This document shows, piece after piece, positions 11,018 to 22,098 of a stretch of DNA of 64,000 nt. The stretch covers positions 558,001 through 622,000 of the forward strand of contig JABVCE010000003.1 in NCBI GenBank assembly GCA_014905635.1, read 5' to 3'. Source of the DNA: Scenedesmus sp. PABB004 (lineage: Eukaryota). The notes under the pieces were generated by a model that saw nothing but the letters and a program-made list of their open reading frames with translations, had not been told where the DNA came from and made no database searches. The position numbers and the translations under genes were made by a program. How positions within the stretch are numbered: position 1 is the first letter of the stretch; the number at the start of each line of letters is the position of its first letter.

Positions 11018-12976
11018 ATGGCCAGCAGGGGCCGCCAGCGCGGCGGCGGCGCGCCTCCTCCGCCGGTGACGGCCGCCAGCCTGCTGCAGGGTGCGCCGAA
11101 GCCACAGGGGCGCAGCCGCCACCGCTGCCACGGCGGCAGCAGCCCACGCCCGCGCCGCCGCTCTGGGCGCGCCGCAGAGGCCGAGACGCTGCAGCAGCGC
11201 GCGGAGCGCAAGTCTGGCGCCGACGGCCTGATGGCGTTTGAAGCTGCTGCGACCAAGTTCCGAGCGGCGCTCGACGCGGGGCTGGACGCCACGAGCCGGC
11301 CCGACGCGGCGTTTGGACTGGTGGGTGGGCGATTGGCCCCTCCCTTGCCGCCACGCGCGCAGCGCGCCGCGCCCCCGCGCCGCGCCCCGCCACGCCGCCG
11401 CCGCTGCCGGCGCGGCGCCGCAGGGCGAGTGCCTGCAGCTCTGGGCCGACCTGCTGCTGCAGCTGACGCACCAGGCGCCGGACGCGGAGCTGACGGCCGA
11501 GCGCGCGGCCGCCGCGCAGGCGCGCGCGGTCGCGCTGTACGCCGACAGCGTCAGAGCGTACGAGCAGGTGTGGGCGGCGCGGCTGGGCGGCGCTCCCGGG
11601 GCCTGCCACAGAGAGGGGCGTGGGGTGAGGCCGCTCGTCGCTCTCTCTCTCTCTCTGCTGCCGCAGGTGCCCGCGCCCGGCGGGCCGGAGGGCGCGCTAC
11701 GGCCGGACGCCGCCGTGAATTGCGCAAACGCGCTCACGTCGTGGGCGGAGCTGGCGGCGGGCGCGGAGCAGCGCGCGCTGCTGCAGCAGGCGGTCGGGCT
11801 GTACCGGGCGGCGCTGCAGCAGGAGGAGGACGCGCTGGTGCGCGGCGGCGGCGGCGCCCGCGGCGGCAGCGGCGGCGGCGGGCGCGGCCGCGGCGACCGC
11901 GCAGCCCGCCGCGCCCGCCGCAGACCCTGAGCAACCTCGGCGACGCGCTCGTGGCGGCCGGGGAGGCGGCGCTTGCCGCGGGCGATGGCGCTGCGGGGCA
12001 GGCGGCCTTCCAAGCGGCGCTGGGGTCGTACGAGGCCTCCTGCTCGCTCACCGACTCGTCCGCCGGCGACGACCTGCCCGGCCTGCTCCACAACTGGGGC
12101 GTCGGCCTGCACACCATCGCCAAGCAGGCGCAGGCGTGCGAGCTGAGGCACTCGCTGCTGGAGCAGGCGGCGGCCAAGCTGCGCAGCAGCGCCGAGTTCA
12201 GCCGCGCCGACCCCGCGCCGCACAACGCGCTCGGCGACGTGCTCATGGACGCTGCGGAGCTCAGCCTCGCGCTCGCCGGCGCCGGCGGCTTTGGCGGGGC
12301 AGCGCCGCTTGGCAGCGAAGCAGCGGAGCGGGCGGCGGCGCTCGTCCAGCAGGCCGTGGACGGCGGCTACGCGGCAGCGCTGACCATCTGCCGCACGAAC
12401 GCCGACGCGCTGGTGCGGCGCGGCGGGCGGCGCCGCGCGGGCGGGCCGCCGGCCAGCAGCGGGGGCCAGCCCGCGCGCGCGCAGCTGCCGCGCTCGCGCA
12501 CCCCCTCGCGCCGCGCCCGGCCGCCGCAGGTCGGCCTGGCCGAGGCGGGCGTGGCCATGGCCAAGCTCGCGCGGCGCCGGGGCGACGAGGCCGCGGCGGC
12601 GCGCCACGCCGCGGCGGCGGCTGCTCACTACGGTGCGCACGCGCTCGCCGCGCGCCGCGCGCCGCGCGCCGCGGCGCGACGCGGGCGCCCGGCGAGCGCC
12701 GCCGCCCGCCCGGCCGCAGGCTCCGCGCTGCAGCGGCCGCACCTGCTGGGCGCCGCGGGCGAGCGCGTCGACGTGCGGTACAACGCGGCCTGCGCGGCGG
12801 CGCTCGCGGGGCGGCCCGACCTCGCGCAGCCGCTGCTGGCGGGCCTCGCCGCCGCGGGCGCGCTCGTGGCGTGCGAGGCGGCGGGCGACGAGGACCTCGC
12901 GGCGCTGCGCGGCGAGGCCTGGTTCGGCGCGCTGCTCCAGCAGCAGCAGCATGGACAGGAGCAGCCGGCGGGCTGA
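11018..12976 (+). CDS. TPR-like helical-repeat protein of unknown function; 6 exons
   Basis: Canonical GT-AG introns join a helical protein with TPR-like segments (AAVNCANALTSW, TLSNLGDAL, LLHNWGVGL, HNALGDVL, VRYNAACAAAL). Confidence 0.75.
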   Translation: MASRGRQRGGGAPPPPVTAASLLQGAPKPQGRSRHRCHGGSSPRPRRRSGRAAEAETLQQRAERKSGADGLMAFEAAATKFRAALDAGLDATSRPDAAFGLVGGRLAPPLPPRAQRAAPPRRAPPRRRRCRRGAAGRVPAALGRPAAAADAPGAGRGADGRARGRRAGARGRAVRRQRQSVRAGVGGAAGRRSRGLPQRGAWGEAARRSLSLSAAAGARARRAGGRATAGRRRELRKRAHVVGGAGGGRGAARAAAAGGRAVPGGAAAGGGRAGARRRRRPRRQRRRRARPRRPRSPPRPPQTLSNLGDALVAAGEAALAAGDGAAGQAAFQAALGSYEASCSLTDSSAGDDLPGLLHNWGVGLHTIAKQAQACELRHSLLEQAAAKLRSSAEFSRADPAPHNALGDVLMDAAELSLALAGAGGFGGAAPLGSEAAERAAALVQQAVDGGYAAALTICRTNADALVRRGGRRRAGGPPASSGGQPARAQLPRSRTPSRRARPPQVGLAEAGVAMAKLARRRGDEAAAARHAAAAAAHYGAHALAARRAPRAAARRGRPASAAARPAAGSALQRPHLLGAAGERVDVRYNAACAAALAGRPDLAQPLLAGLAAAGALVACEAAGDEDLAALRGEAWFGALLQQQQHGQEQPAG

Positions 12977-13603
12977 CGGCGGCGCGGGGCGGCGCGGGGC
13001 GGCGCGCCTCCAGGGCACGGCGCGCGCGGGCGGCACAGCGCGCGCCGCTGCGGCGCGGGGCCGGCCGGCGTCGTGCAACGGCACCAAGGACTTGGTCGGC
13101 CGCCGCCGATTGCGCCGGGCGTTCTGGAGGCGCCCGCGGCGCGCTGCGGCGCCGCCGCTCGCCGCCGTGCTAGCTCCGCCCTGGCCGTCGGCGCAGCACG
13201 CTTCTGGTGCCCCGTGGCGGTCGCAGCGCGCACGGACGCCCGGCCAGCGCTGGGGCCGCTGGGGCCGCCCGCCGCGGCCCGCCGGCCAGGCGCGCCGCTC
13301 CGGGGCCGCGCCGCCAGGCGAGGCCAGCGAGGCCAGCGCGCCAAGGGCAGCGGGCGCACCTCGAGAGCACGCAGCGGCGGACCGGCGCGGTTCTCCGCGG
13401 GGCGCCGCGGGGCGCCGCGCTGCCCCGCGCGCCGCCCCGGCGCGTCCGCGTGTTCCCGACTGACCCTGGCTCTGGCTTGATTGACTGAGTGGCAGCCCCT
13501 GACTCGCTAAGCGCGCAGACTCTCCCCCGCGCTAGTGGTGCTCCCCTCGGCCGGCATTTGCTTAGCTCTTCCTGGTTCTCCTTTCTTGACCGCCTCAAGC
13601 ACC

Positions 13604-14439
13604 ATGGTGGCGACGCAGGTGCGCCGCGGACGCGCGCCGCGGGCCGGGCGGGGGCGGGGATGCCGGGGGCGGAGGTCGGGCGGCCCCCCGGCGCGGCGCG
13701 GCCCCCGCCCACCCCGCGCGCGCCCGCCCTGCAGAGCTCTCCCGTTGGTAAGTTCCGTGGCGACGCGGAGGGCATGGTCGACGCGCTCATCGCGGCCTGC
13801 GAGCGCAGGCCCGTCGCGGCGAGCGCCAGCCCCGAGCTGTTTGGCCGCGAGCTGGTGCCCTGGACCGACGACGACGCGCCCTTTGCCGCCCTGGAGGCGC
13901 CCCTGGAGGGGTGAGCGCCCGCGGCCCGCCCCGGAGCGCCGCGCGCCGCGGGGCGAGGACCGGGGAAGGGGCATGCCGCCCGGGGGCGTCCCCCGCTCCG
14001 CGCGGCCGTCCGCGCGCCCCGGGCGCCGGCCAGGCGCCCGCCCACCCCGCCCGCCGCGCGTCGCCGCCCGCGCAGGCGCGGCTCGCACAAGTTCCCCTCC
14101 GGCTCGCACAAGCACGCGCGCCCGGCCGGTGGCCGCGCGCCCGAGAGCCCCGAGCACAAGCGCGCGGCGCCGGCCGGCGGCAAGCGCAGCAAGGCCAACA
14201 CGCCCCCGCGGCGCTCGGCCGAGGTCCCGCGCGGCGCGCGCCTGAGCAGCGGCGGCAGCGGCTTCGCCTGCCCCGCGCTCGCGGCGTCGCCCAAGCCCGA
14301 GAACCTGCCGATGCCCACAACCGGGCTGCTCAGCAGGGCCACGCTGCGCGGGCGCTCGCCCTCGCCCGCCAAGGACGGCGGCCTGGCCCGCTTCTTCGCG
14401 CCCGCCGCGCACACGCTCGTGCGCCCCGTGGCGGCGTGA
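13604..14439 (+). CDS. Small (~184 aa) disordered protein with ataxin-2/Pbp1-like and PNRC/Edc1-like short motifs; 3 exons
   Basis: Exons 13604-13618, 13735-13910, 14076-14439 join in frame via GT-AG introns to give MVATQSSPVGKFRGDAEG..GRELVPWTDDD..FACPALAASPKPENLPMP..RPVAA*. The last exon is missing from the ORF track. Confidence 0.75.
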
Positions 14440-17400
14440 GCGGCCGCCCAGGCGGCGGCGCGCGCGGGCGCGCTGTGCCCGCGCGCGGCCGCGCGCCGCG
14501 CCGCCCGCCCGCCGCGCGGCCGGCCCACCCAACACGCAGCGCGCGGCCGTCTGGCCGCGCGCGGGCCGGGCGCGCGCGCGGGGCGACCGGGCGGCGCCGC
14601 GCCGGCGGCGGCGGGCCGCGCGCGACGGCGACGGCGACGACAGGCTGATCTGATGGGGGGGGGGGGCGGCAGGGCGGGGGAAAGGCGTCGGCCGGCCGGC
14701 CGACTGTGGCGCGTAGCGGGGGACTTCATGCCTTCGCCCTGAATGCTGTGCACTTGCGCGTGCGGGGCCCTCTCGCGCCCGCCGCGCGGCGGCGGCTCCC
14801 AGCCGCTGCGGTGTGTCTGCACTCACGTCACTGAACCAGCCGCGCGACGGCGCGCACAATCAAAAAACACACCGGCTGCCCCGCGCGTCGTGCGCGGGGC
14901 AGGCCGCGTGCGAGGTGTGTACAGGCGGCCGGGCCCGGGGGTTGGGCGTGTGCGTCTCTGTGCTGCTGCCCGGGGTGCGCTTCTCCTTCTCCTCTCCTCT
15001 TGGCGGGCGGCTGTACGATGGTCGGCGGGCGGGCGGGGTGGTGGCGCAAGCAAGCGCCGGCACTGCTCATCGGTCTGACGCGTGGGCGGGGCGGGTGTTT
15101 TTGTCCGCGTGGGGCGGCACTTGTGCGATCCACGTTTATGGATCCCAAGCTTTGGCGTTGGTGGTCGTCGTCTCTTTCTGACTGACTCGCTCCCACGCGT
15201 TTTGGCGTCGTCTCTCTCCCTTGGCGCACACACACACGCACGGCAGCGCACGCGACGCGCGCGCGGCGCGGCGCCGCGCGCCGGCCCACAGCCCCACACG
15301 GCGGCCCAGGCCGGCGCCGGCGCCCGCCGCCGCCGCCGCCGCGACGACGATGGCGGAGCGGGGCAGCAGGCGCCTGCAGCGCGCGCGCCGGCTGGGCGCC
15401 GCGCTGCCGACGGCAGGCGGTAGGCAGCAGGAAGGAGGCATCATCCCCTGGCGGCGCGCTGGCTGGCGGCGCTGCACAGCGCCGCAGCAGCAGCGACGGC
15501 CCGAGCCGCGAGTCGAGCGTGTGCAGGCATCCTCACGAGCGAGGCCACCGATTTGGGGCGCGCGCGCCGCCGCGCCGTCGCGCAGCGCCCCGCCCCGCCC
15601 GCCCTCGCGGCGGCGGGCGGGCGCCGGCGGGCGGGCGGCGGTGGCGGCGCCCCGTGGCCATGACCCAACTCCCTACGACGACGACGGCACCGAGCACAGC
15701 GGGCGAGCACGGGAGCGCGACTCTCCTTGCAGTGCACGCGCGCCCCCTTCATCCGGGGGCGCGCTGCATCTTGCGTGCGCGCGGGCCGCCCGGCGAGCGA
15801 GCGACGGCGCCCTCACGTCTCCCTCTCTCTCCCCCTTGCGCGTGTGCGGACAGCCACGCGCCGTGTGTTGGAGGGCGCGCGCGCGCGCGGCGGCGCGTGG
15901 CCGCGCGCGCGCCGGCGTCTGCCGGCGCCGCGTGCGGCGGCGCCCGCCCCGCCGCGCCCGCGTCCCTCTCTCCCTAGGCAGGCATGCCCCCTTCCCTTTT
16001 GACGGCGCGCGCCACCTCTGGCCGCGTTTGAGCGCTCTGGGGGCTGCGGACGGGCGGGCGGCAGGCGGGGGCGCGCGCGGCGGCGCCAGCGAACCGGCGG
16101 CCCGCCGCCGCGCAGGGACAGGGGCGGGCGGGCGGGCGAGGCGTGGCCTCCTTCCTCCTCTGACGGCGGCGGCCTGCCTGCGCGGCCGCCGCGCGCCCGG
16201 CTGCCCCAGCAGCCGGCGCCGGCGGCCCGCGGCGCGGCCGGCCGGCCACGTGTGCACGACACGACGACGGCTAGCGTCTAGCGGCTGGGCTGCGAGAGCC
16301 TAGGGGCTAGAGGCTGGCTTGGGCTTGGGCAGGCTGGGCGGGGCGGGCGGGCTGGCTGGCCGGGGCGGGCGGGGGGCCCGCGAACCCAAAGCACCTCCTC
16401 CTCCACCACTCCACCATTCCCTGTGTGTTTTGGTTGGTGCACGTGACGTGCGCTGGGCCCGACTGGGCTCGCGCGAGCGCGTCGGCCGCTTGGACTCTCG
16501 CTCGAGTGCTCTGGCCGTGGCATGTCGCCCGCGCGCGCGCCCGCGCGGCGGCGCGGCGCTGCGCGGCGGCGCGGCGCGGCGTCCCGCCTCCTGGGGCGCC
16601 CGCGCCGCCGCCGCGCCGCCGCGCCGCTGCGCGGGCGCGCGCGCGGCGCGGCATCCCATCCGTTGCTCCGACTTGACTGAATTTTCGCAGCAGCCGATGG
16701 CGGCGGCCGCCCCCGCCGCGCGCCCGCCCTCACGGGCGGGCCGCCGGGGCGCGCGCATTCATTGCTCTACGCATGCAGGCAGGTTGCACATAATCCGGCT
16801 CCCGCATCCCCATCGCCAGCTCTTTGGCCACGCACTGCTGGGGGCGACCGCGCGGGGGCGGTCGGGCGCGCAGGCTGCGCGCGCGGCCCCCCTGCGCCCA
16901 ACCGGGGGCACTCTTCTCCGCCGGGGTAGGCAGGCGACGACGGCGGCGGCGGCGCGCGCGACACGGCGCGGCGCCGCCGGCGGCGGCGCTTGAGCGATAA
17001 GGCCGCCCGCGGCGGGCGGCGGGCTTCTCCTCCTCTTGGCCGAAGATGAACGGACGGCGACTCTCACGGGTGGGCGGCGCAAGCAGAGACGGCCCTGTAG
17101 CGGTACCTGCTATGTGCGGCGCGCGGCGCGCTCGCGTGCGTTGTGCGCGGGGTTGTGCGCGCGCGGCCAGACCGCCGCGCGCGCGCGGCCCGCGTGCCGC
17201 CGCGGCGCGCGCGCGGACGGACGGCCGGCGGCGGCAACGGGGGATGCGCTTTGTCTCCCAAACACCAGCACCGCGTTTGTGTGTGGTCTTTGCGGCGGCG
17301 CAGAACCACCACGCGCGCGCCTGCGTGTGCGTGGGACGCGTGCTGACGACGGGGGCGGGTGGCCCTGCGGGGCCGCCCGCCGCCCATGGTTGGCTGAAGC

Positions 17401-18112
17401 CGGCGATTGAATCGAGCGCGCCGCGGGCAGCCTGCGCAAGCCCGCGGCGGTGGCAGCGGTCGCGGCCGTGCCGCGCGCTCACGCGCGCGGCGGCGCCGCG
17501 CCCGGCTGTGTGAGGCCTGCGCCAGCCCGCGCCCGCGGCAGGGACGCCCCTGCTCGCCGCGCGGCGGCGACTGTATAATGTTCCAGACGAGGCGGAGACG
17601 AGATGAGGACGGACGAGTACGCGCTTGATTCGTTGATCGCAGGCGTACGCCAAGGGGCCCCCCGAAGCGGCTGCGGGGCCAGCACTGCTTGACCAGTAAC
17701 CAAAAGGCTCGAAGCCACGCCCGCGCGGCCGCGCCCCCAAGACCGCCGCCGAGCGTCCGTCAGACGGGCAGCGGCGGGCGGGCGGCGGTTTCGCCCAGAC
17801 CCCAACCGCCGCTGCCGCGGAACGCCGGCGGATCTGCCCGCGCCCTGGCCCGCCCGCGCAGTCGCGCCCCCCCCCCAGCTCCACCCGCGCCGCCCGGCGG
17901 GCCACCCAAGCAGGCCAGCGCCCAGGCGTCGGCAGCAGCAGGCGCGGCGCGGCGGCGAGGTGCGAGTGTGAACGCTGCAGCGGCCCCGCCCGGCGTCGCG
18001 CGCGCGGCGACCGCGCCCTGTAGACGCGACACGCAGCGTATCACGCGCGCTCGTCGCTCGGGCCGCCGCCACGCGCCGCCGCCGCCGCTGCTTCCGCCCG
18101 CAGCGCGGGATC

Positions 18113-19880
18113 ATGGCGAGCCGGCGTGGCGCGGTGGTGGGGCAGGCGCTGGCAGCAGGTGTGGTGGCGAGGGGCGCCCCGCCGCAGCGCGCGCGCGAGG
18201 CGCGCCGCGCGGCCCAACCGCCACGACGCGATCCCCGCGCGCAGGCCGCCGCGGCGGTCGCTGCTGGAGCGGCGGCGTGGGCGGCGCCGCCGCGTGGGCG
18301 CGCTGCCTCAGCAGCAGCAGCAGCAGCAGCGCTGCAGGCGGCAGCGGGGGCGGCCACGGCGGCGAGGGCGGCAGCGGCCGCGGGCCGTCGGCGCTGTGGG
18401 GCGCGCTGGGCGTCGCCGCCGCGACGGGCGCGGCCGTCCTCACGTCGAGCGCCGCCGCCGACGCGCGGCGGGGCGCGCCCGCGGCCAAGGCGGCGCCGCC
18501 GGCGGCGCCGGCGGCGCAGCCGGACGGCGGCGGCGCCGCGGCGGCGCCGCCGGCGGCGACGGGCCCGGACGGCCTGCCCGTTTACACCGCGGCGCAGGTC
18601 GCGGCGCACCGCACGCCCGCGGAGCGCGTGTGGGTGACGTACAAGGACGGCGTGTTTGATATCACTGACTTCATCGCCCAGGTGCGGCGCGCAGCGCACA
18701 CAGCGCACACAGCGCGCAGCGCATACACAGCGCGCAGCGCACACACAGCGCGCAGCGCGCAGCGCCGCCGCCGCGCAGCGCCGCGGTCCAGCGCCGCGCC
18801 CTGAGCGCAGGCGCCGCGCGCGCGCGCCCGCCCGCCCCGCCCGCCCGCCCGCGGCCGCAGCACCCCGGCGGCGCTGCCAAGATCATGCTCGCGGGTGCGC
18901 GGCGCCGGGCGCGGGCGTGGGCAGGCGCCGCCGCCTGCGCGCCGCGCCCGCGCGGCGCCGCCCACGCGCCGCCCCACGCAAGCCGCCGCCGCGCGCGCGC
19001 CGCAGCCGGCGGGTCGGTGGAGCCGTTCTGGGGGCTGTACCAGCAGCACCAGAAGCCAGAGATCCGGGGCATCCTGGAGAAGTACCGCGTCGGCTGGCTC
19101 GAGGGCGGCGCCGCGGCGGCGGCGCCGCTTGCCGACCCGTACGAGCGCGAGCCGGCGCGCCACCCGGCGCTGCTCGTGCGCAGCGCCAAGCCGTTCAACG
19201 CCGAGCCGCCCGCGGAGCTGCTCACCGCGAGCGGCGTGACGCCGGCCGACATGTTCTTCGTCCGCCACCACCTCCCCGTGCCGGACATCGAGCCGGGCAG
19301 CCACACGCTCACGGCGCGCGGCCGCGGCGCGCGCCGCGGCGGCGGCGGCGAACGCCGCGGCGGCGGCGGCGGCGGCGTGGCGACGCGCCGAGGCGCGCCC
19401 CTGCCGCCGCGCCGCCGCGCCCGCGCAGGTCGGGGGCGCGGGGCTGCGCAGCCTGCGGCTGTCGCTGGAGGAGCTGCAGACGCGGTTCAAAAAGGTGGAG
19501 CTCGCCGCCACGGTGCAGTGCACGGGCAACAGGTGCGGCCGGGTGGCAGCCGCTCGCACGTGGCGCGCGTGCCCAGGCCCGAGGCTCCGCTGCGCCGCGC
19601 CGCGCTGCGCCGCGCCGCCACCCCGCGCTGCGCCGCGCCGCCACCCCGCGCCGCTGCCGCCGCGGCCAGGCGCGCCGAGATGAAGGTGTTGCCCGCGCCG
19701 GGCGGCAGCGGGCACGAGGTGCAGGGCCTCGACTGGGGCGTCGGCGCCATCAGCACGGCCGTGTGGGGCGGCGTGCTGCTGCGCGACGTGCTGCTCGCCG
19801 CGGGTGCGCGCCCGCGCGCGCGCGCAAACGCACGCGCCCGCGCGGCTGCGCAGCGGCGCCGCCGCGCGCCATTACATGAC

Positions 19881-19926
<46 letters not shown>

Positions 19927-20578
19927 GCGCGGGGGGGCAGGCCTGTCGCCGAGCGACCCCGACGTCGACCACATCCACTTTGTGGGCCTCGACACCGACA
20001 TGAGCGGCACGCCCTACGCCGCGTCCATCCCGCTCAGCAAGGCCATGGCAGAGGTCAGCCCGCGCCGCGCCGCGCGCGCGCGGGGCCGGCGGCGCGGCGG
20101 CGGCGGCGCGCCCCCGGCGACAGCCTCTGTCAAACGCTGCGCGCGACGGTTGCTGCGCGCGGCGTGCGTGTGCGTGCGCGCGCAGGGCGGCGACGTGCTG
20201 CTCGCGTGGGAGATGAACGGGCAGCCGCTGCCGCGCGACCACGGCGGCCCGCTGCGCGCGATCGTGCCGGGCACCACCGGCGCGCGCAGCGTCAAGTGGC
20301 TGGGTGCGCGCGGCGCGCCGCGCGGCGCCCGCGCGCGCCGGCACGCGCCCCGCCTGCGCCCGCGCCCGCGCCGGCACGCGCCCACGTGCGCCGCCGCCGC
20401 CGCCGCCGCGGCCTGCCCGCCCGCCCGCCGGCCCGCCGCGCAGGCCGCATCGAGGCGAGCGCGGACGAGTGCCAGGGCCACTGGCAGCAGCGCGACTACA
20501 AGGTCTTCTCACCCGGCACCGACTGGTGGGTGTGTGGGGGTGTGTTTCTGTGTGGGGGAGGGGGGTGTGCGTGCGCGC

Positions 20579-20619
<41 letters not shown>

Positions 20620-21153
20620 CCCGCGCGACTGCTCGCCCGCCCGCCCCGACGCACCCCCCCCCCCCACACACACAGACGCACACGCACACGCACACGCACA
20701 CACACACGCACACGCGCGCGCCGCAGGGACAACATCGACTGGTCGTCCGCGCCGGCCATCCAGGAGATGCCCGTCACGAGCGCGATCACCGAGCCCGCCC
20801 CCGGCGCGGCGCTGAGCACGTACGACGGCGAGGTGGCGGTCAAGGGCTACGCGTGGAGCGGCGGCGGGCGGGAGATCATCCGCGTCGACGTCTCCGCCGA
20901 CGGCGGCAAGACCTGGGCGCCCGCGGCGCTGTCGCCGCTGCCGCACACCAAGCCCGGGCGCGCGTGGGCGTGGACGCTGTGGGAGGCGGTGCTGCCGCTG
21001 CCCGACGGCTACGTCGGCCCGGTCACGCTCGTGGCCAAGGCGACCGACGCGGCGTACAACGTGCAGCCCGAGGACCCCGCGGGCATCTGGAACGTGCGGG
21101 GGCTCAACATGAACGCGTGGCACCGCGTCACGGTCGACGTGGCCAAGGACTGA
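18113..21153 (+). CDS. SUOX: Sulfite oxidase, animal-type with cytochrome b5 domain, probably mitochondrial; 10 exons
   Basis: b5 domain ([22 protein letters not shown]), Moco domain ([43 protein letters not shown]), dimerisation domain ([22 protein letters not shown]). Confidence 0.95.
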
Positions 21154-21287
21154 GCCGCCGCCCGCGGCCGTGGCGCATCGCGCGGGGGGCGCGGGGAGGG
21201 GGGGGGCATGGGCTTCCCGGGCCCGTGCAGCCCGGCCCTGGGCCGGGCGCTCGCCCGCCCGCCTGCTTGTGGGGTGTTGTTTGTGTG

Positions 21288-21349
21288 GGTTGCACGGCGG
21301 GGCCCGGTACGCTCCGGGCGGGTGAGCGTCCCACACCGGAACGCCTGGC
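21288..21349 (-). repeat. 62-bp repeat, copy 1 (58/62 identical to 21696-21757); probable retroelement 3' end
   Basis: Direct comparison of the two copies. Contains the hairpin GCCCGG-N6-CCGGGC; on the minus strand it is followed by a CA-rich tail. Confidence 0.8.
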
Positions 21350-21471
21350 CGCGGCGGGGGGCGTGGGCGCGGCTCGGGCGTGCGCGGGGTTGCACTGCGA
21401 GGTGGCGGCGGGGACAAAAAAAAGACAAAGATAGTTACACCACAGGCGGGGGCTGTGTAGGCCTCAGTTTA

Positions 21472-21476
21472 TGTAA
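21472..21476 (+). promoter_or_regulatory. TGTAA polyadenylation signal, probably of the sulfite oxidase gene
   Basis: Canonical chlorophyte poly(A) signal about 320 nt after the stop codon. Confidence 0.6.
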
Positions 21477-21677
21477 CCAGCGCGCGATCAGCGCCCGCCC
21501 GCGCGGCCTGCAAGCGGGATCGCATGCAGGCGAGCTGGCGCAAGCGAGCACGGCGCGGCCCAGGCGCGCGCAGCCCAGCAGCAGCAAACCCACCCGCACG
21601 CCGGCCACTGGTCAGCGCACCGGGGCGCGGCCAATGCAGGAACCCACGGGTGATTTAGACTGCGGCGTATTATTGTG

Positions 21678-21845
21678 GCAACTGCTGTTGTTGTTGGTTA
21701 CACGGCGGGGCCCGGTACACTCCGGGCGGTTGAGCGTCCCACATCGGAACGCCTGGCGGGCCTGACCAACTCCCTCCCCGCCACCGCACGTGTCTGTGTC
21801 CTCCAAGTGCGACCAACCGAGCAACTGCTGTTGTTGTTGGTTACA
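21678..21845 (-). mobile_element. Short insertion (118 bp) between 25-bp perfect direct repeats; putative 5'-truncated non-LTR retroelement or SINE
   Basis: GCAACTGCTGTTGTTGTTGGTTACA at 21678-21702 and 21821-21845. The minus strand ends TGTAA-C(CAA)3. Contains copy 2 of the 62-bp repeat. Confidence 0.55.
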
Positions 21846-21993
21846 ACTGCAAGGCGTTGTTTGGGGAGTTTTCGGGAGTTTTCGGGATTTTTGGGAATTT
21901 GTTTGCATTATTTCGACCTTAAATAATGGAAGACATAAACTACGTTTGACATTGCGTGGTTATATTTGTTTGCTGTCAACTGTTTGCATCGTC

Positions 21994-22066
21994 GGGGACG
22001 TAGCTCAATTGGTAGAGCGCTCGCTTCGCATGCGAGAGGTCCGGGGTTCGATTCCCTGCGTCTCCA
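21994..22066 (+). tRNA. tRNA-Ala(CGC), intronless
   Basis: Acceptor GGGGACG/CGTCTCC with G3:U70, D arm TAGCTCAATTGGTAGAGC, anticodon arm CTCGC-TT-CGC-AT-GCGAG, T loop GTTCGATTC. AT-rich upstream region with TATA-like box at about 21961. Confidence 0.97.
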
Positions 22067-22073
22067 GGCGCCC

Positions 22074-22078
22074 TTTTT
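22074..22078 (+). terminator. Pol III oligo-T terminator
   Basis: TTTTT 8 nt after the tRNA 3' end. Confidence 0.8.
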
Positions 22079-22098
22079 CGCGCCATTCTAGCCGCGCT

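Noticed and set aside
17683..17715. Minus-strand TTCGAGCCTTTTGGTTACTGGTCAAG, faintly like the U2 snRNA 5' end
   Set aside because: It lacks the GTAGTA branch-pairing sequence and an Sm site; likely a chance match.
21736..21747. GTCCCACATCGG, matching the plant snRNA USE promoter element
   Set aside because: It lies inside the repeated element, has no properly spaced TATA, and I see no snRNA-like sequence downstream.
21678..21845. 25-bp direct repeats as a CRISPR array
   Set aside because: Only two repeats, a 118-bp spacer, a eukaryotic context and no cas genes.
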